From an uncultured bacterium (GTDB taxonomy: Bacteria > Oederibacteriota > Oederibacteriia > Oederibacteriales > Oederibacteriaceae): 64,000 nt of DNA. A program made the translations under genes and the position numbers. The notes below the pieces were generated by a model. It did not search any database, had not been told where the DNA came from, and was given only the letters and a program-made list of their open reading frames with translations. The DNA is taken from the NCBI GenBank assembly GCA_965112635.1, contig OZ218778.1, positions 1,312,001 to 1,376,000 on the forward strand, given 5' to 3'. Below, piece by piece: positions 37,996 to 47,409 of this stretch. Within the stretch, counting starts at the first letter, position 1; each line of letters begins with the position of its first letter.

Positions 37996-39380
37996 AACCA
38001 GAACAGGCCATGTTCCAAAAGGTCAAAAAGCTCCATTTTGTGGGCATAGGCGGCACGGGCATGTGCGGCATCGCGGAGGTGCTCTTGACCATGGGCTATA
38101 GCGTCTCGGGCTCTGACCAGAAAGACAGCCCTGTCCTGGAGCATTTGAGGAGCATGGGCGGAGTGGTTTATGTGGGGCACCGCGCGGAACAGGTCAATGA
38201 CGCTCAGGCGGTAGTAGTCTCCAATGCCGTGCCCATGGATAACGTGGAGGTCGCCGAAGCCAAGGCCAAAAAGATTCCGGTCATTCCCAGGGCGGAGATG
38301 CTCTCCGAGCTGATGCGCATCAAATACGGGATCGCCATCTCAGGCACCCACGGCAAGACCACCACGACCTCCATGGTCTCGACCATACTTTTTGAGGCTG
38401 GATTTGACCCAACCTTTGTCATCGGAGGCAAACTCAACAGCATGGGCAAGCACGGTCATGTGGGGCAGGGCCCACACCTAGTCGTGGAAGCAGACGAGGC
38501 TTTTGGGTCGTTCCTGCACTTGAATCCCAGCCTGGCGGTCGTGACCAATATTGACAACGACCACCTGGATTTTTACAAAGACATGGATTCTTTGAAAAAG
38601 GCGTTCCTAACCTTTATCAACCGAGTTCCTTTTTACAGTTGCGCAATCCTGTGCGATGACGACCCGGTCGTCAAAAGCCTTTACCCATCCGTCACGCGGC
38701 GGGTGGTCACCTACGGCCTGGGCAACCAGTGCCAGCTCAAGGCGAAAAACATCACCCTATGCCAGGGCCGCACGACCTTTGAGGTCATTTACCAGGACAA
38801 AAAGCTTGGCGAGGCCTCCATCCTGGTGCACGGCGAACACAATGTCAGGAACGCGCTGGCCGCCACGGGCGTGGGCCTGGAAATGGATATCCCCTTTGAA
38901 AAGATCAGTAAAGGTTTGGCCTCGTTCACCGGCGTGGAAAGGCGGTTCCAGACCAAAGGAGAAAAGAAAGGTGTTTGGGTGGTGGATGATTACGCCCACC
39001 ACCCGTCAGAGATCAGCGCGACCTTAAAAGCCGCGAAAGCCCTGGCCAAAGGCAGGGTCATTGCGATCTTTCAGCCGCACCTTTTCAGCCGTACCAAGCT
39101 TCTGCATTGGGCGTTCGCGGAGGCCTTGCAGGAGGCCGATGTGGTCTATCTGACCGATATATACCCGGCCAGGGAACTGCCTCAGCCGGGGGTGACCACG
39201 GGATTGATCGTGGACGACCTAAAAACACTGAACAAACAGAACGTGAACTTCATTCCTGACCGGGCCAAGGTGGCCTCCACGGTGGCCCAGCAGGTAAAGG
39301 CTGGAGACCTTGTCTTGACCATGGGGGCCGGGAATATTTGGCAGACCGGCGAAGAAATACTCCAATGTCTGGGTGCTTGA
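37992..39380 (+). CDS. murC: UDP-MurNAc:L-Ala ligase
   Basis: GIGGTGM, GTHGKTTT, DDYAHHP, FQPH, MGAG. Confidence 0.96.
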   Translation: MKPEQAMFQKVKKLHFVGIGGTGMCGIAEVLLTMGYSVSGSDQKDSPVLEHLRSMGGVVYVGHRAEQVNDAQAVVVSNAVPMDNVEVAEAKAKKIPVIPRAEMLSELMRIKYGIAISGTHGKTTTTSMVSTILFEAGFDPTFVIGGKLNSMGKHGHVGQGPHLVVEADEAFGSFLHLNPSLAVVTNIDNDHLDFYKDMDSLKKAFLTFINRVPFYSCAILCDDDPVVKSLYPSVTRRVVTYGLGNQCQLKAKNITLCQGRTTFEVIYQDKKLGEASILVHGEHNVRNALAATGVGLEMDIPFEKISKGLASFTGVERRFQTKGEKKGVWVVDDYAHHPSEISATLKAAKALAKGRVIAIFQPHLFSRTKLLHWAFAEALQEADVVYLTDIYPARELPQPGVTTGLIVDDLKTLNKQNVNFIPDRAKVASTVAQQVKAGDLVLTMGAGNIWQTGEEILQCLGA

Positions 39381-39436
39381 CGCTGCTGCCCGGCAATGTC
39401 CGGACAGAAGATATTAGTGCTGAAGCGGAGAGTTTT

Positions 39437-40315
39437 ATGAAATTAGGAAAACTGGAAATAACGGAGAACCAGAGGCTGGCGCCTTTTACCTCCTACAAGG
39501 TGGGAGGGAAAGCGGATTATTTTTGCGAAGTGGAGGACACAGACGGTCTGAAGCAGGTCGTGGATTGGTGGCGCAAGGAAGGCAAACCGTTCTTTATCCT
39601 GGGCAAAGGCACCAACCTGCTCATCAGGGACGGGGGCATTCGGGGTTTGGTGATCAAACTCGGGGGCGAGTTCAAAAAGGTTGTGTTTACCGGCAGCACC
39701 GCGGTAGCCGGCGCAGGTCTGGAGATCGTCCTGCTGGCCCGGCATACCCAGGATCAGGGGCTGGCGGGTTTAGAATTTTTAAGCGGCATCCCAGGGTCGC
39801 TGGGCGGCGCGCTCATTATGAATGCCGGGGCGCATGGCCACTCCATTGGCGATTATGTGCAGAGCGTGCTGGTTTTGGAGGATAAGGGCGTTTTGAGGGA
39901 AATTTCCAAGGAAGAGGCGGGTTTTAAATACCGAGGCAGCGCTTTGGCAGGCAAAGTCATTTTATCGGCCACGCTTTTGCTGGCCAAAGGAGACCCGCGG
40001 GAAATAGGGGAAAGAGGGGTCAGTTTCAGCAGGCTCAGGGCACAAACCCAGCCGCTGGGACAGCCCAGCGCCGGGTCGGTCTTTAAAAATCCGGAAGGAG
40101 ACCACGCAGCCAGGCTTATCGAAGCTGCCGGGCTCAAGGGTTTAGCCGTGGGAGGCGCCCAGGTCTCGGAAAAACACGCGAATTTTATTGTTAACACGGG
40201 CCAGGCCACGGCCAGGGACATTTTGGTCTTGATCGACAAGATACAACAGGAAGTAAAAACAAAAACAGGCAAGGAATTAGAACTAGAGATCAAAGTCGTG
40301 GGGGTGGATGCATGA
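39437..40315 (+). CDS. murB: UDP-GlcNAc-enolpyruvate reductase
   Basis: GKGTNLL, GIPGSLGG, MNAGA, SAGSVFKNP, KHANFI; GGAGAG RBS before ATG 39437. Confidence 0.95.
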   Translation: MKLGKLEITENQRLAPFTSYKVGGKADYFCEVEDTDGLKQVVDWWRKEGKPFFILGKGTNLLIRDGGIRGLVIKLGGEFKKVVFTGSTAVAGAGLEIVLLARHTQDQGLAGLEFLSGIPGSLGGALIMNAGAHGHSIGDYVQSVLVLEDKGVLREISKEEAGFKYRGSALAGKVILSATLLLAKGDPREIGERGVSFSRLRAQTQPLGQPSAGSVFKNPEGDHAARLIEAAGLKGLAVGGAQVSEKHANFIVNTGQATARDILVLIDKIQQEVKTKTGKELELEIKVVGVDA

Positions 40316-41223
40316 AAGCAAGACCCAGGGTCGCTGTTCTGATGGGCGGGGTTTCCGCGGAGAGACCTATTTCCCTCATGACAGGCCAGGCGGTGGCCAA
40401 TTCTATCAAGAAGGAACTCAGGTATCCCTGCGTGAGCCTGGATGTCAAGAACAAGAACGCCTTGAGAAAACTATTGACCGGAATGTTCGACGTGGTTTTT
40501 ATCGCCCTGCACGGCCCCTTCGGCGAGGACGGCCGCATCCAAGGATTTTTGGAAATGGCCGGCCTGCCTTATACCGGCTCCGGCGTGCTAGCCAGCGCCC
40601 TGGCCATGGACAAAGTAGCAGCCAAGCAGATCTTCGAAGCGCAGGGTGTTTTGACGCCCAGCTGGCAGGTCTTTAAAAAAGGTAAAGCCCAAAAACTTAC
40701 CCTGGCCCTGCCCGTGGTGGTCAAACCTTCGAGCCAGGGTTCGGCCATCGGCGTCACGATCGTCCGCGAGCGGCAGCAGTTCGCCCGAGCTTTGGCTAAG
40801 TCATTCAGATTCGGGCCCGTGGTCCTTGTCGAAAAATACATTCCGGCCAGGGAGCTTACCGTGGCCCAGCTCGGGGAAAAGAGCCTGCCGGTCATTGAGA
40901 TAAAACCCAAGACGAGTTTTTACGATTACACCGCCAAATACAAAAAGGGGATGTCTGTGCATGTCCTGCCTGCTCCGTTATCCACGGCAGTGGCACAGAG
41001 AGTACAGGCGGCAGCTAAAAAGGCCTACCAGGTCCTGGGCTGCCAAGGAGCGGCCCGCGTGGACATTCTATTGAGCAGGTCGGGCAAGGTTTATGTCCTG
41101 GAGGTCAACACCATCCCGGGTATGACCACCACGAGCCTGCTGCCGGAGGCGGCCAAGGCCATGGGTTTTTCATTCAGCCAGCTGGTCAAAAAAATGCTCC
41201 AGATGGCCTGCAGCGGCTCGTAA
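40312..41223 (+). CDS. ddl: D-Ala-D-Ala ligase
   Basis: GGVSAER, LHGPFGEDG, FYDYTAKY, EVNTIPGMT. Confidence 0.95.
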   Translation: MKARPRVAVLMGGVSAERPISLMTGQAVANSIKKELRYPCVSLDVKNKNALRKLLTGMFDVVFIALHGPFGEDGRIQGFLEMAGLPYTGSGVLASALAMDKVAAKQIFEAQGVLTPSWQVFKKGKAQKLTLALPVVVKPSSQGSAIGVTIVRERQQFARALAKSFRFGPVVLVEKYIPARELTVAQLGEKSLPVIEIKPKTSFYDYTAKYKKGMSVHVLPAPLSTAVAQRVQAAAKKAYQVLGCQGAARVDILLSRSGKVYVLEVNTIPGMTTTSLLPEAAKAMGFSFSQLVKKMLQMACSGS

Positions 41224-41239
41224 GCCGGAGAGGACAAGA

Positions 41240-42067
41240 ATGCAGCAATACGTTTTCTACACGGGAGAGCAGAGCAAAGGGTTCAAGGCTTTTTCTCCCA
41301 AAGAGACAGAAAAGGAAAGGACAGGACGTCGTTTCAGGATGGGCCGGTATGTGATCCTGGTCCTGGCGATGGCCATGGTCGGCCTATTGGTCACTTTTAC
41401 CAACCAGGAAGGGACGGGACACCGATGGATTTCCCGCATCGGGTTTTTCAAAGTAAGGTCGGTGGTTTTCCTGGGATGCCAGGGTCTGTCCAGCCAAGAA
41501 TTACTTAAGGCCGGCCAGGTGCCCGGCCTCAGTGGTTCCTTATGGGATTTCCCCGCAAAGCAGGTGCAGGCGAACTTGAACGATTTCGCCAGGCTGAAAA
41601 AAGCGAGTGTGTGGCGTGTACCTCCTCAATGGGTGGTTATTTTGATCAAAGAAAGGGAGCCGTTGGCGCTTATTCAGGCCGACGGGATCGAAGCGTTTGA
41701 CGCAGAAGGCCGGATCTTCCCGTTGTCCGGCAACGAAAGGGGGGTGGTCTTACCGTTGGTGACCGGCATTACGCTGAGCGGGACTGCACCCCAGGTCGTG
41801 GACAAGGCCTGCGTGAACAAATGCCGGGAGATTTTCAAAGCGGCCGGAGGGTTTCTTGACGAGATCTCGGAGGTCAACCTATCCGATGCAAAGAACGCGG
41901 TCCTATACACCAACAGCGGGATCAATGTCACGTTAGGAGAAGGGAATCTAGAGAACAAATTCGAACATCTCAGGGAGATCTGGGCGAAATTCCCCAGCCT
42001 GGGCAAAAAAGTGGAACGGGTCGACCTGCGCTGGAACGGGCAGGCCGCCGTAAAAGTCAAATCTTAA
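41240..42067 (+). CDS. ftsQ: Cell division protein FtsQ/DivIB
   Basis: One TM helix, POTRA-like region, C-terminal VDLRW; position between ddl and ftsA. Confidence 0.8.
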   Translation: MQQYVFYTGEQSKGFKAFSPKETEKERTGRRFRMGRYVILVLAMAMVGLLVTFTNQEGTGHRWISRIGFFKVRSVVFLGCQGLSSQELLKAGQVPGLSGSLWDFPAKQVQANLNDFARLKKASVWRVPPQWVVILIKEREPLALIQADGIEAFDAEGRIFPLSGNERGVVLPLVTGITLSGTAPQVVDKACVNKCREIFKAAGGFLDEISEVNLSDAKNAVLYTNSGINVTLGEGNLENKFEHLREIWAKFPSLGKKVERVDLRWNGQAAVKVKS

Positions 42068-42089
42068 AAGGAGGAAGGGGGGTGGAAAA

Positions 42090-43331
42090 GTGAGCAGAGA
42101 AGAGAAGGGGGAAATTTTAGTCGGGCTTGACCTGGGCACCACCAAGGTCTGCTGCGTCATCGCGGAGGCCATGGCCGCGGGCGCCGTGGATGTCATCGGC
42201 GTCGGGACGAGCCCGTCCAAGGGTTTGAAGAAAGGGGTGGTCGTGGACCTGGAGAGCACCATCGACTCCATCACCAAGGCCATCGTGGACGCGGAACGGA
42301 TGGCCGGGGTCAAGGTCTCTTCGGTGTACGTGGGCATCAACGGCGAGCACATCAAGGGTATCAACAGCAAAGGGATGATCGCCGTGTCGCGGGGAGACAA
42401 AGAGATCTCGGAAACCGACAAGCACCGCGTCATCGAGACCGCCCGTACCATCGCTTTCCCGTCGGATAGGGAGATCATCCATATCCTGCCACAGGAATAC
42501 ATCGTGGACGAACAGAAGGGCATCAAAGACCCCGTTGGTATGAGCGGGGTGCAGCTACAGGTCAATGTCCATATCATCACGGCCTCGCAGACGGCTTTGC
42601 AGAACATCATCAAGAGCGTCAACCGCGCCGGGTTCGGCGTGGACGGGGTCATCCTGCAGTCCCTTGCGGCCGCGGAAGCCGTGCTCACCCAGGACGAAAA
42701 GGAGATGGGTGTGGCGCTGGTGGACGTAGGCGGGGGAACCACGGACTTGGCCCTGTTCTTTGACGGTTCCCTGTATTCGACGAGCGTCATCGGGGTCGGG
42801 GGCATCCAGGTCACCAATGATCTGGCCATCGGTTTGCGGACCTCCAACCAGCAAGCGGAGGACATTAAGCGCAGCTACGGTTGCGCCATGATCTCCTCGG
42901 TCGAGGAAGGGGAGGAGATAGTCGTGTCGGGGATGTCAGGCAAGAGCAGGAATGTGTCGCGGCGTTTCCTGGCCGAGATCATTGAGCCGAGGCTGGAGGA
43001 GATCTTCGCCCTTATCGACCAGCAGATCAAAAAGGACGGTTATGAGGAAAGGATCGGCGCCGGTATCGTCTTGACCGGCGGGACCTGCCTTTTGACGGGA
43101 AGCTCCGAACTGGCCGAAAAGGTGCTCAATGTACCCGTGCGCATCGGGTCGCCCCAGAACATCGGGGGATTGAGCGACACGGTCAACAGCCCTTTTTACG
43201 CCACGGGAGTGGGCCTGGTCTTATCGGGTTTGAGGAACATCGCTTCTAAAAAAACGGGTGCAAACCAGGAAGGAGGAATCGTTTCCAACGTTTTTCAAAA
43301 GGCCAAGAAGTGGATGGAAGCCTATTTTTAA
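42090..43331 (+). CDS. ftsA: Cell division protein FtsA
   Basis: GLDLGTTKV, VDVGGGTTD, VLTGG, C-terminal amphipathic helix. Confidence 0.96.
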   Translation: MSREEKGEILVGLDLGTTKVCCVIAEAMAAGAVDVIGVGTSPSKGLKKGVVVDLESTIDSITKAIVDAERMAGVKVSSVYVGINGEHIKGINSKGMIAVSRGDKEISETDKHRVIETARTIAFPSDREIIHILPQEYIVDEQKGIKDPVGMSGVQLQVNVHIITASQTALQNIIKSVNRAGFGVDGVILQSLAAAEAVLTQDEKEMGVALVDVGGGTTDLALFFDGSLYSTSVIGVGGIQVTNDLAIGLRTSNQQAEDIKRSYGCAMISSVEEGEEIVVSGMSGKSRNVSRRFLAEIIEPRLEEIFALIDQQIKKDGYEERIGAGIVLTGGTCLLTGSSELAEKVLNVPVRIGSPQNIGGLSDTVNSPFYATGVGLVLSGLRNIASKKTGANQEGGIVSNVFQKAKKWMEAYF

Positions 43332-43381
43332 AAAACAGAACATTCAATTTTAACGCCCTACAGGGGCAGAAGGGGGTAGTA

Positions 43382-44539
43382 ATGTTCGAAATGGATGAAG
43401 ATCAACACCGAGGAGCCACCATCAAGGTGATTGGCGTGGGAGGAGGGGGTTGCAATGCCGTCGACCGGATGCTGAGCCAGATCGAAGGCGTGGACTTGAT
43501 CGCCTGCAACACCGACCTGCAGGTCCTCAATAAATCCCTGGCCATGAACAAGATCCAGATCGGGTCCAAAGTGTCCAAAGGCCTGGGGGCAGGTTCCAAT
43601 CCCGAGGTTGGACAAAAAGCCGCCGAAGAGGACAGCGAGAAGATTACGGCGGCCTTGGAAGGCGCCGACATGGTGTTCGTGACCGCCGGAATGGGCGGCG
43701 GGACCGGCACGGGCGCGTCTCCCGTCATCGCCGAGATAGCCAAAAAAATGGGCGCTTTGACGGTCGGCGTGGTGACCACGCCTTTCCTGTGCGAGGGCAA
43801 GCTTAAGATGCGCAAGGCCGAAACCGGCATCGCCAAGCTGAGACAGCACGTAGACAGCCTGATGGTCATCCCCAACGAAAAACTGATCGGCGCCGTGGCA
43901 CGCAACAGCACCATCACGGACGCTTTTCATCTGATGGACGAGATCCTGGTCCATGGGGTCCAGGGCATCACGGACATCATCAACAAGACCGGGATGATCA
44001 ACCGCGATTTCGCGGATGTGCGCACCACCTTATCCGACGCGGGTGTGGCCCTCATGGGCACGGGTTACGGAATCGGCGAAGGCAGGGCGCTCAATGCGGT
44101 CCAGCAAGCCATCCAACATCCCCTCATCGCGGACGTCAGGGTGGACGGAGCCCGGAGCATCATCGTCAATGTCGTGGGCGGGCCGGACGTCACCATGCAC
44201 GAGTTCGTGGAAGCGATCGCGGTGCTGGAAAAAGCGGCGCATCCGGACGTGGAACTTTTAACCGGTTTCAGGCAAGACCCCAACCTGCAGGACGAAGTAC
44301 GGGTCACGGTCATTGCCACCCGGTTCGGGAACAAGGAAAAGGAAAGCGAGAACGAGAGCGGTGAATCCAAGACCCTGGACCTCAAGGTTTTTTTGGAACA
44401 GCAGGGTTTCCGCTCAGGCCTAAAAAGACCCAAGGAAATCCAAGCCATAGACGAGGAGTCCCTGGAGAAGAAAAAGGCTTTTTTTGGAACTGACAACCTA
44501 AGCATTGATATCCCCGCGTTTTTAAGGAGGGGAAGGTAA
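43382..44539 (+). CDS. ftsZ: Cell division protein FtsZ
   Basis: GVGGGGCNA, GMGGGTGTG, DFADV, C-terminal DIPAFLRR. Confidence 0.97.
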   Translation: MFEMDEDQHRGATIKVIGVGGGGCNAVDRMLSQIEGVDLIACNTDLQVLNKSLAMNKIQIGSKVSKGLGAGSNPEVGQKAAEEDSEKITAALEGADMVFVTAGMGGGTGTGASPVIAEIAKKMGALTVGVVTTPFLCEGKLKMRKAETGIAKLRQHVDSLMVIPNEKLIGAVARNSTITDAFHLMDEILVHGVQGITDIINKTGMINRDFADVRTTLSDAGVALMGTGYGIGEGRALNAVQQAIQHPLIADVRVDGARSIIVNVVGGPDVTMHEFVEAIAVLEKAAHPDVELLTGFRQDPNLQDEVRVTVIATRFGNKEKESENESGESKTLDLKVFLEQQGFRSGLKRPKEIQAIDEESLEKKKAFFGTDNLSIDIPAFLRRGR

Positions 44540-44745
44540 TTTAGGGAGCAGGGAGACCGGGGAAAGACAAGGGGCGAAGTGCCCCTTGGACCGGACACGG
44601 CCTCTTATGCTAGAGGTGTCTCAATCTCATTCCGGCCTCATCGGTGTTGGTTTGGGTGGGATAGTCGCTAGGGCTATCCCACAAACACTGATTGGAAAGA
44701 TCTAAAAAGTGTCCTGAATCTAAATAGGGCAAAAGGAGAGGTGTC

Positions 44746-45498
44746 TTGATAAGGGTCTGTTCGCTATGTCTCCTCTGTGTGGGCTTGATCCTGGCAGGGC
44801 TGATTCCCTTAGCTGTACTGGGCTCGGCCGCAATCCGGCCTTTCCGGGTGGTCATTGACGCGGGCCATGGCGGCAGGGACAGCGGCGCCAGAAGCCGGGA
44901 TAACTACAAAGAAAAGCAGGCTGCCCTGGACATCGCGCTTACCCTGGGAAAGATCCTGGAAAGTAAAGAGGGGGTTGAGGTCGTTTATACGCGTAACCGG
45001 GACGTTTACATACCTCTGACCGAAAGGGTGCGCATCGCCAACGGGCAAAAAGCGGACCTCTTTGTCAGCATCCACATGAATTCATCGAGGAGCTCCCGCG
45101 CTTTTGGGACGGAGACCTATATCTACGGCAGGAAGTCCAGCAGTATGAGCGCTTCGGAGATCGCCGAACGCGAAAACGAGGGACAGAGCCTCAAGGAAAT
45201 CGTCCTAGACGGATTGCGGGCCGCGACCTATGAAACAAGGAGCCTGATGGCCGCCGAAGAGGTGGTCGCGGAACTGAAAAAAAGGCCGGTGGGCCTCACG
45301 GTCCGCAGGGTCGGCCGCATGCCGTTCTATGTGATCGCCAAAACCCAGATGCCGGCCATGCTCATCGAGGTCGCTTTCATTTCCAATCCCAGCGAAGAAG
45401 CCAAATTAAAAAATTCCTGGTGGCGGCAGGACGTGGCGCTGGCTATCTGCCAGGCCATCAATAACTACCGCGAACTCATCCAATCCAACAGACAGTAG
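44746..45498 (+). CDS. N-acetylmuramoyl-L-alanine amidase (Amidase_3, catalytic domain with N-terminal signal/anchor)
   Basis: IDAGHGGRDSGA, KEK, FVSIHMN, LIEVAFISN. Confidence 0.9.
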   Translation: MIRVCSLCLLCVGLILAGLIPLAVLGSAAIRPFRVVIDAGHGGRDSGARSRDNYKEKQAALDIALTLGKILESKEGVEVVYTRNRDVYIPLTERVRIANGQKADLFVSIHMNSSRSSRAFGTETYIYGRKSSSMSASEIAERENEGQSLKEIVLDGLRAATYETRSLMAAEEVVAELKKRPVGLTVRRVGRMPFYVIAKTQMPAMLIEVAFISNPSEEAKLKNSWWRQDVALAICQAINNYRELIQSNRQ

Positions 45499-45507
45499 TC
45501 CTAAGTT

Positions 45508-45861
45508 TCAATGTCTTGTCAAAAATCCGAGTAAGTCCCCGGTCTGGACAGGAATTTTATCCAATGTTCCGGCAGGCAATTCCAAGACAGAAAAACATCT
45601 TGCCCAGGCGATCTTAAACAGGCCCAGATGAGAGATGGTCCTGACCACTCTCTGGCGGTTGTCTAAAAAGATCACGTCGATGGGGAACTGCATGCCAAAG
45701 GTGTGGATACTGGAGCAGTGGGTCAAATACAGTCCGTCACCCGGGGCAACCCGTTTTTTGCCCAGCCAGCCGATGAGCCGGCCTAACCAATGTACGGCGT
45801 AGACAGCCTTATCCGCCAAGACCTTTTTGCTAGCCATATGTTCTATATATATCAGGGTCAT
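45508..45861 (-). CDS. DUF192-family protein
   Basis: SIHTFGMQFPIDVIFLD, VLELPAG. Confidence 0.8.
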   Translation of the reverse strand: MTLIYIEHMASKKVLADKAVYAVHWLGRLIGWLGKKRVAPGDGLYLTHCSSIHTFGMQFPIDVIFLDNRQRVVRTISHLGLFKIAWARCFSVLELPAGTLDKIPVQTGDLLGFLTRH

Positions 45862-45986
45862 TTGCAGGCCTTTTTGCTTAAAATATCCATCAAAAACCGC
45901 TATATTTCTTCAACCCATTTTACCTAGAACCTATGTTAAAATCCAAACTGTTTAGAAGACAGTAATTTTTCCAGGAGTTTCATGAG

Positions 45987-47366
45987 ATGACGACTCAACA
46001 TTCTCTAAGATTTACCAGTACTCTATTATTTGCCGTCCTTACCTTATTGGTCATACCCACCAGTTTAAAAGCCTCCAAGGCCGATGTTCTGGACCAGGAG
46101 ACCCAGGGAATAGACTACTATCTCAAAGGCGACCAAGAAAAAGCTATCCAATTTTTAGAGCAAGCCTGGAGTTCCGGCCAGAGTTCTCCCAAATGCAAGG
46201 CGTACTTGATCAAAGCCTACCTAGAAAAAGCCCATGATGATTTTTCTAACGAAGATTACAAATCATCCATGGCTGTCCTGGAGTCGGCCTTGAAGATAGA
46301 CCCGGACAACCGGGAGATCAAAGACGTTTACCTGATGGTGAAAAACGTCCTAGACCAACCCAAGGTCAAAACCGAATACCAGACCCACAAGACAAAATCT
46401 GCGGAAACTGAAAAGGCAGCTCCCCAGATCATCGAAAAAGTGGAGAAGCAGGTCTTTTATGTCAACGCAACGGCATCAGGAGTTTCCAAGGAGTCATTGG
46501 ATGCCATCGAACAGCAGTTCGTCAGCCTCAGGGGCTCGCAGCAAAAGGCCATAGACGATCTGGCCAACGCCCGCAGTTCAGCGCGCAAGATTGTTTTCGT
46601 CACCGTAGGTGTAGCCCTGGCTGTCATCGTGGTGCTGCTCCTCCTGATGGGTAGGCAACAGAGACATTTCAAGGACCAGGAAACGCGGCTCTTGGGCATT
46701 CTCCACGACCAGGAGAGCGCCCTGGCCCAGGGCAAAGCCATGCTGGCTTCTTCCCAGCTAAAGAACATGGAGAGGGTCACCACCAAGGACATGCTTGCTG
46801 ACAACAATCCCCGCATCAGGGCGAGGGGTATCGAATTGCTAGCCCAGGAACTTATACAACAAAAAGTGTCTGCAGATAACGCAGAGAAGATCCTGCGGCC
46901 GTTCAGCACCGACCCCAACAACCGTGTCCGCGGGAATGTGGCCTGGGAGCTTTATAAATTCAAACCAGAAAACGCGAAAAGGCTCATGCGCTCCATGCTT
47001 AGCGAGCCCGACGAATACATGCAGTTGTCCGCCATCTGGGTTTGTGGGGAAATTGGCGATCCGGAGACCGTGGACTGGCTGGTCCATTTTTCCCAAAAAA
47101 CCACTCCCCGTTTAAAGGTCAGTATCGCTCGCTCCTTGGAAAAAATATTGGCCTTGGACCATTCAGACCTGAAACAGCGTAAAACGGAGTTGCAGGACCT
47201 GGTCCACAAGCTATACCAGGAATCCAAGGTAGCGTCCAAAGGGGATTCCAGCCAGGAGACCATTCCCGTGGGCCATGAGTTAAAAGAGTTAGAAAAAGAG
47301 ATCGCCAGCATCAAGATGCGGGTGGACCAGTTGGATGAGAAGTTAAAAAGCCTCGGTAAAAAGTAG
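45987..47366 (+). CDS. Signal peptide-TPR-TM-HEAT repeat protein (paralog A)
   Basis: Signal peptide; TPR (ALKIDPDN); TM; HEAT-like DNNPRIRA, DPNNRVRG, SAIWVCGEIGDP; short C-terminal coiled coil. Confidence 0.75.
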   Translation: MTTQHSLRFTSTLLFAVLTLLVIPTSLKASKADVLDQETQGIDYYLKGDQEKAIQFLEQAWSSGQSSPKCKAYLIKAYLEKAHDDFSNEDYKSSMAVLESALKIDPDNREIKDVYLMVKNVLDQPKVKTEYQTHKTKSAETEKAAPQIIEKVEKQVFYVNATASGVSKESLDAIEQQFVSLRGSQQKAIDDLANARSSARKIVFVTVGVALAVIVVLLLLMGRQQRHFKDQETRLLGILHDQESALAQGKAMLASSQLKNMERVTTKDMLADNNPRIRARGIELLAQELIQQKVSADNAEKILRPFSTDPNNRVRGNVAWELYKFKPENAKRLMRSMLSEPDEYMQLSAIWVCGEIGDPETVDWLVHFSQKTTPRLKVSIARSLEKILALDHSDLKQRKTELQDLVHKLYQESKVASKGDSSQETIPVGHELKELEKEIASIKMRVDQLDEKLKSLGKK

Positions 47367-47409
47367 ATTTCCTTTGGAATTTCCCCGGAATATTTTGCCC
47401 ACTTTTGTT

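Noticed and set aside
43780-44025. FtsZ variants EGKLK and INRDFAD
   Set aside because: The GGGTGTG and NxDFAD motifs are intact; single substitutions cannot be interpreted without an alignment
41948-44598. Long antisense ORFs over ftsA/ftsZ (similar ones lie over ftsI, the cyclases, glgA and prfB)
   Set aside because: Expected from GC3-rich codon usage; no recognisable motifs or RBS
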